This document shows, in pieces, positions 60,720 through 64,000 of a DNA stretch of 64,000 nucleotides. Origin of the DNA: Atribacterota bacterium. GTDB taxonomy: Bacteria; Atribacterota; Phoenicimicrobiia; Phoenicimicrobiales; Stramentimicrobiaceae. Below the pieces are notes generated by a model. That model was not told where the DNA came from, did not search any database, and was given only the letters and a program-made list of their open reading frames with translations. The stretch is from the NCBI GenBank assembly GCA_028703475.1, contig JAQVMU010000001.1, positions 44,436 through 108,435 on the forward strand, given 5' to 3'. The translations under genes were made by a program, and so were the position numbers. Position 1 is the first letter of the stretch; the number at the start of each line of letters is the position of its first letter.

Positions 60720-61163
60720 CTATTGATTTCTAAAAAATTGCAAATTAGCAAACTCTTGCAGAGTATTTCCTGCCTGCAGATACCCTCTGCTCCCTTTTTC
60801 TTCAGAAGGCATTTCGGCAACCATAGAGGCTATGTTTAAATCTGCAGGAAGCATGGCAATAAATTTGATATTTTCGGCTCTGCACATTCCTAATTCCAGT
60901 TTTGCAATTCCTTCAATTCTGGTTAAAGAAGAAAGGCGTTCGACCGAATACTCCAGGTGGTTTCTTTCTACTAACAACTGGTCTCTTTTTTGTTCTAATT
61001 CAATCGACTGGTACCCCAGTTTCATTAAAACAATATTGCTGCAGATATACCCTATAACCAGCAAGCCAATTAAGATAATAATAAATAAAAATAAAGAGAA
61101 TGTTGTTTTGTAATTTTTTGACTGAAATTGTTTTTTTTCATCAGCTAAGATATAATCTGTCAT
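60720..61163 (-). CDS. ftsL: Cell-division protein FtsL (septum formation initiator family)
   Basis: Single TM helix followed by coiled coil. Position between rsmH and ftsI. Overlaps the rsmH end by 4 nt. Confidence 0.65.
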   Translation of the reverse strand: MTDYILADEKKQFQSKNYKTTFSLFLFIIILIGLLVIGYICSNIVLMKLGYQSIELEQKRDQLLVERNHLEYSVERLSSLTRIEGIAKLELGMCRAENIKFIAMLPADLNIASMVAEMPSEEKGSRGYLQAGNTLQEFANLQFFRNQ

Positions 61164-62098
61164 TTTTTATACACTTCCTCTGAAATTATTTTTTCAGCTA
61201 CTCTCATTTTTGCACTACGAGCTCTACGGTTTTCCTTTATTTCATCCTCTGAAGGATAAATGGGTTTTTTTGACATCACCTTCACCCCATATTTGTTTAA
61301 ACTTATAAAATCATCCCTGGCCATTTCCCTGAAAGAATGCTTAACAATTCTATCTTCAAGAGAGTGATAAGAAATTACACAAATCCGTCCATTTGGCTCT
61401 AATTGCTTAACTGAATCTATTAAAGCTTTACTTAATATTTCTAATTCCCTATTTACCTCAATTCTTAGTGCCTGAAAAACCCTCGTTGCCGGATGTATGT
61501 TCCATCTTTTTTTCTTAAACCTGGCATAAATATTTGTTACTAATTCTGCCAGTTGACGGGTAGTCTCAATTCTCTTTTCTTTTCTTTTTTTTACAATCAT
61601 CCTGGCAATTGAACGGGAAAATCTCTCTTCTCCATACTTGCTGAATATATCCACTAATTCTTGCTCAGAATATTGATTTACAATATAACGGGCATCTATC
61701 TTTCTGCTTAAATCCATTCTCATATCCAATAAATTTTCCTCTAAAAAACTAAAGCCCCTAACTTTAGTATCAACCTGATATGACGATAATCCCAGATCAA
61801 ATAGAACACCGGTAACCTGATTAATTCCCAAATCCTGCAGCAATAATTTTAAATCATTAAAATTACTTTTTACTATAACCACCCTATCCTTGTTTTTTGA
61901 TAATCTTTCCCTGGAGAATTCCAAAGCTTCGATATCCTGATCCAATCCTATTAATAATCCGTCAGGATATATTTTTTTTATTATCTCCTCCGAATGACCT
62001 CCTCCACCTAAAGTACAATCGACATATATGCCCTCTTTTCTGGTAATTAATAAGTCAAGAACTCTTTCGCTCATCACAGGAATGTGAAAATTTATCAC
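61160..62098 (-). CDS. rsmH: 16S rRNA (cytosine1402-N4)-methyltransferase RsmH (MraW)
   Basis: RsmH N-terminus MINFHIPVMSERVLDLL...YVDCTLGGGGHSEEI and full-length similarity. Follows mraZ. Confidence 0.9.
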   Translation of the reverse strand: MINFHIPVMSERVLDLLITRKEGIYVDCTLGGGGHSEEIIKKIYPDGLLIGLDQDIEALEFSRERLSKNKDRVVIVKSNFNDLKLLLQDLGINQVTGVLFDLGLSSYQVDTKVRGFSFLEENLLDMRMDLSRKIDARYIVNQYSEQELVDIFSKYGEERFSRSIARMIVKKRKEKRIETTRQLAELVTNIYARFKKKRWNIHPATRVFQALRIEVNRELEILSKALIDSVKQLEPNGRICVISYHSLEDRIVKHSFREMARDDFISLNKYGVKVMSKKPIYPSEDEIKENRRARSAKMRVAEKIISEEVYKK

Positions 62099-62547
62099 TA
62101 ATCCTTTTCCTCTTTTTCGTAAATTCGCTCGGCAATATCTTCATAAGACTGTTCTGTTTCTTCGGCATATTGATTCCATTTATCTAAATCCCATATCTCG
62201 ATTCTTTCAAAAACGCCTATAATCATGACATTTTTGTTGATTTGGGCATAGTCTCTTAAATTTTTTGAGATTACTACTCTTCCCTGCTGATCAAAATGGC
62301 TGATTAATGCTCTGGAGGCTAAAGTCCTTTTAAAAGCCCTGGTATCTTTTTTACCCAAAGGGAGTCCCTGGAGATTATTGGCTAATTTTTTCCACTCTTC
62401 CATAGGGTAGACGAAAAGGCATTTATCAAGTCCAAAGGTTATTACAAAAGTATCGCCTAAATCATCCCGAAAGCTTGAAGGCATAATTATTCTGCTCTTC
62501 TTGTCTAATGAATGCTCATATTGTCCAAGAAACATCATATTTGCCAC
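62098..62547 (-). CDS. mraZ: Transcriptional regulator MraZ. The ORF track extends to a GTG at 62545-62547; the probable true start is ATG at 62533-62535 (MFLGQYEH...)
   Basis: Matches the MraZ N-terminus (MFMGEY.H..D.KGR...P..FR) and two MraZ/SpoVT-AbrB-like halves. First gene of the dcw cluster. Confidence 0.88.
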   Translation of the reverse strand: MANMMFLGQYEHSLDKKSRIIMPSSFRDDLGDTFVITFGLDKCLFVYPMEEWKKLANNLQGLPLGKKDTRAFKRTLASRALISHFDQQGRVVISKNLRDYAQINKNVMIIGVFERIEIWDLDKWNQYAEETEQSYEDIAERIYEKEEKD

Positions 62548-62568
62548 TTTCCTCCACTTTCCTCCACT
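62545..62568 (-). repeat. Tandem 10-bp direct repeats GTGGAGGAAA (two full copies plus GTGG) overlapping the mraZ RBS, resembling MraZ-box repeats
   Basis: The minus strand reads GTGGAGGAAAGTGGAGGAAAGTGG directly. MraZ is known to bind direct GTGG-type repeats at 10-bp spacing. Confidence 0.4.
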
Positions 62569-62776
62569 TAGATATAGTATACAACATTAATTAAAAAAAA
62601 TCCTCTTTTTTTAATATTTTTTTGTAAAAATAAAAAATATTTTCAAAAGTTTTTCCTGTTATTTGGAATAGCAGGTTTTGTTTCCGTAAAGGATAATAAT
62701 TTTATTATTCAGGGGTTAATAAATAGGGGAAAAACAAGGGGTATAATAATTTTTAACTAATAATATAAGAAAAAAT

Positions 62777-62810
62777 CAGGGATATACTGATTAATACCAG
62801 TATATCCCTG
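62777..62810 (-). terminator. Rho-independent terminator downstream of rnpB
   Basis: Perfect 13-bp inverted repeat cagggatatactg / cagtatatccctg with an 8-nt loop, followed on the minus strand by ATTTTTTCTT. Confidence 0.7.
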
Positions 62811-62816
62811 ATTTAT

Positions 62817-63205
62817 CTTTCGGCAAGTAAATCATAAGCCGAGTTCTGTCACTGCACATTCCTTATTAATAGAGATTAATAAAAATATGCAGTGTGGTAA
62901 TCATCTATCTGGGGCATAAGTTGCCTTAATACCTCATAGCGACCTACCCGGAAACCTATAGCGGGCAACTAATTGTTTCCTTCTTGGTCTTGCTCCAAGT
63001 GGGGTTTGCTAAGCTTATTGGTTACCCAATAACTGGTAGGCTCTTACCCGGCCTTTTCACCATTGCCAATTTGGCTGTTTCCTTTTCTGTAGCACTTTCC
63101 CGGGGTCACCCCCGCTGGGAATTACCCAGCACTCTGCCCTGTGGAGCTCGGACTTTCCTCAAACCCGTAATACGAGTCTGCGATTACCTGATTTACTTGC
63201 CAAAG
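62817..63205 (-). ncRNA. rnpB: RNase P RNA (bacterial type A)
   Basis: The minus strand contains GAGGAAAGTCCGAGCTCCACAGGGCAGAGTGCTGGGTAA (P4 region consensus) and ACAGAACTCGGCTTATGA (3' P4 strand). The P1 helix CTTTGGCAAGTAAATCA pairs with TGATTTACTTGCCGAAAG. Length is about 389 nt. The region is GC-richer than the flanking DNA and non-coding. Confidence 0.88.
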
Positions 63206-63215
63206 AAATATTTAT

Positions 63216-63929
63216 TTATTTCTTCCATATCAATATTCTATTACAATTGGGGCAGGTTATCAATACATCATCCCTTTGCAGATGATAAATTACATCACTT
63301 GGTAAAGAAAGATTGCAACCGCTGCAGGTAGCACTATCGATCTCTACAACAACTTCTCCTTCTTTCCCTTCCCATAAAATTTGATATCTTTTCATTAATT
63401 CATTATCAGTAATTTTTGTGGCAATCTCTTCCCGCTGCCGTCCTTTTTTTTCAATTCGAGCATTGACAGCTTTTTCCTGCTGGCTTATTTCTATTTTTCT
63501 TTCCTGAAGCTGTTCTTTTGCTATATTTAATTCCTCTTGTGCTTTGCTTAAGCGTTCTTTTATATTATCTTCTTCGTCCATAAGCACTAATAATTCCTCT
63601 TCAACCTTGTCTCTGTCTTTCTTTAACAACTCAATAACTTTTTGCAATTGTTTTAATTCTTTAATATCACTGGTCTTTCCACCATACAATTCGTCTTGAT
63701 GTTTATCAATTTTTGTATTAACTGCCTTGACATCAATCTCTTTTCTTTTTGCTTTTAGTTGTAATTCTTTCAGACTTTCCTTTAGTTTCTTATATTTTTC
63801 CTCTTTTTTAAATACTTCATTTTCAATTTCTGTAATTTTGGCAGGAAGTTTTTTTAGCAATTTCTTTTCCCTGACAATCTCTTTATCTACATCCTGTAGT
63901 GTTAACAGGGTATATAGCTGCTCTCTCAA
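63216..63929 (-). CDS. C4-type zinc-ribbon domain protein (COG1579-like; long coiled coil plus C-terminal zinc ribbon)
   Basis: K/E-rich coiled coil of about 190 aa followed by CSGCN...CPNCNRIL. Architecture is typical of the DUF164/zf-RING_7 family. Confidence 0.6.
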   Translation of the reverse strand: MREQLYTLLTLQDVDKEIVREKKLLKKLPAKITEIENEVFKKEEKYKKLKESLKELQLKAKRKEIDVKAVNTKIDKHQDELYGGKTSDIKELKQLQKVIELLKKDRDKVEEELLVLMDEEDNIKERLSKAQEELNIAKEQLQERKIEISQQEKAVNARIEKKGRQREEIATKITDNELMKRYQILWEGKEGEVVVEIDSATCSGCNLSLPSDVIYHLQRDDVLITCPNCNRILIWKK

Positions 63930-64000
63930 AAATATACCTCCTTTTTGAATGCTATAATTTTTGTTTATAAAACAAAAAAGCCTTACTTTTTTTTATAAAG

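Noticed and set aside
62984-63331. 115-aa plus-strand ORF
   Set aside because: It lies within the RNase P RNA gene and the 3' end of the zinc-ribbon CDS on the opposite strand.

Overview
This is a visibly AT-rich bacterial chromosome segment that looks Firmicutes/Clostridia-like in gene content and synteny. Composition and codon usage were not computed. Almost all genes are on the minus strand and form conserved housekeeping blocks. From right to left these are:
- an RNase P RNA gene (rnpB) upstream of a dcw cell-wall/division cluster, mraZ-rsmH-ftsL-ftsI-murE-murF-mraY-ftsW-murG-murC-murB-ftsQ-ftsA-ftsZ, which has no murD or ddl
- an nrdR-nrdD-glutaredoxin-like-nrdG operon for anaerobic ribonucleotide reduction
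- a livKHMGF branched-chain amino-acid ABC transporter followed by a stand-alone PhoU-family gene
- yggT-divIVA, a T-box leader, then ileS-lspA-rluD
- rqcH on the plus strand, divergent from the yicC-remA-gmk-coaBC-priA-def-fmt-rsmB block, with no rpoZ in its usual position
- a kinase-less PASTA protein, dprA, tRNA-Pro(GGG), thrC, an FAD-dependent oxidoreductase, tRNA-Gly(CCC), a VanW plus M14-like peptidase pair, a PrsA-like PPIase, and ligA-gatCAB

The left 6.6 kb looks more accessory. It holds an unannotated rubredoxin gene translationally coupled to a flavodiiron protein, a predicted-secreted protein / MBL-fold hydrolase / DUF4139 operon, and a self-contained two-gene cassette of unrecognisable proteins with its own promoter-like sequence and terminator, next to a partial rnhA. 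No CRISPR array, transposase or integrase was seen.

The most notable points are a PriA homologue whose helicase motifs I, II and VI are all degenerate (probably ATPase-dead), the unknown two-gene cassette, and the DUF4139/MBL/secreted-protein trio.
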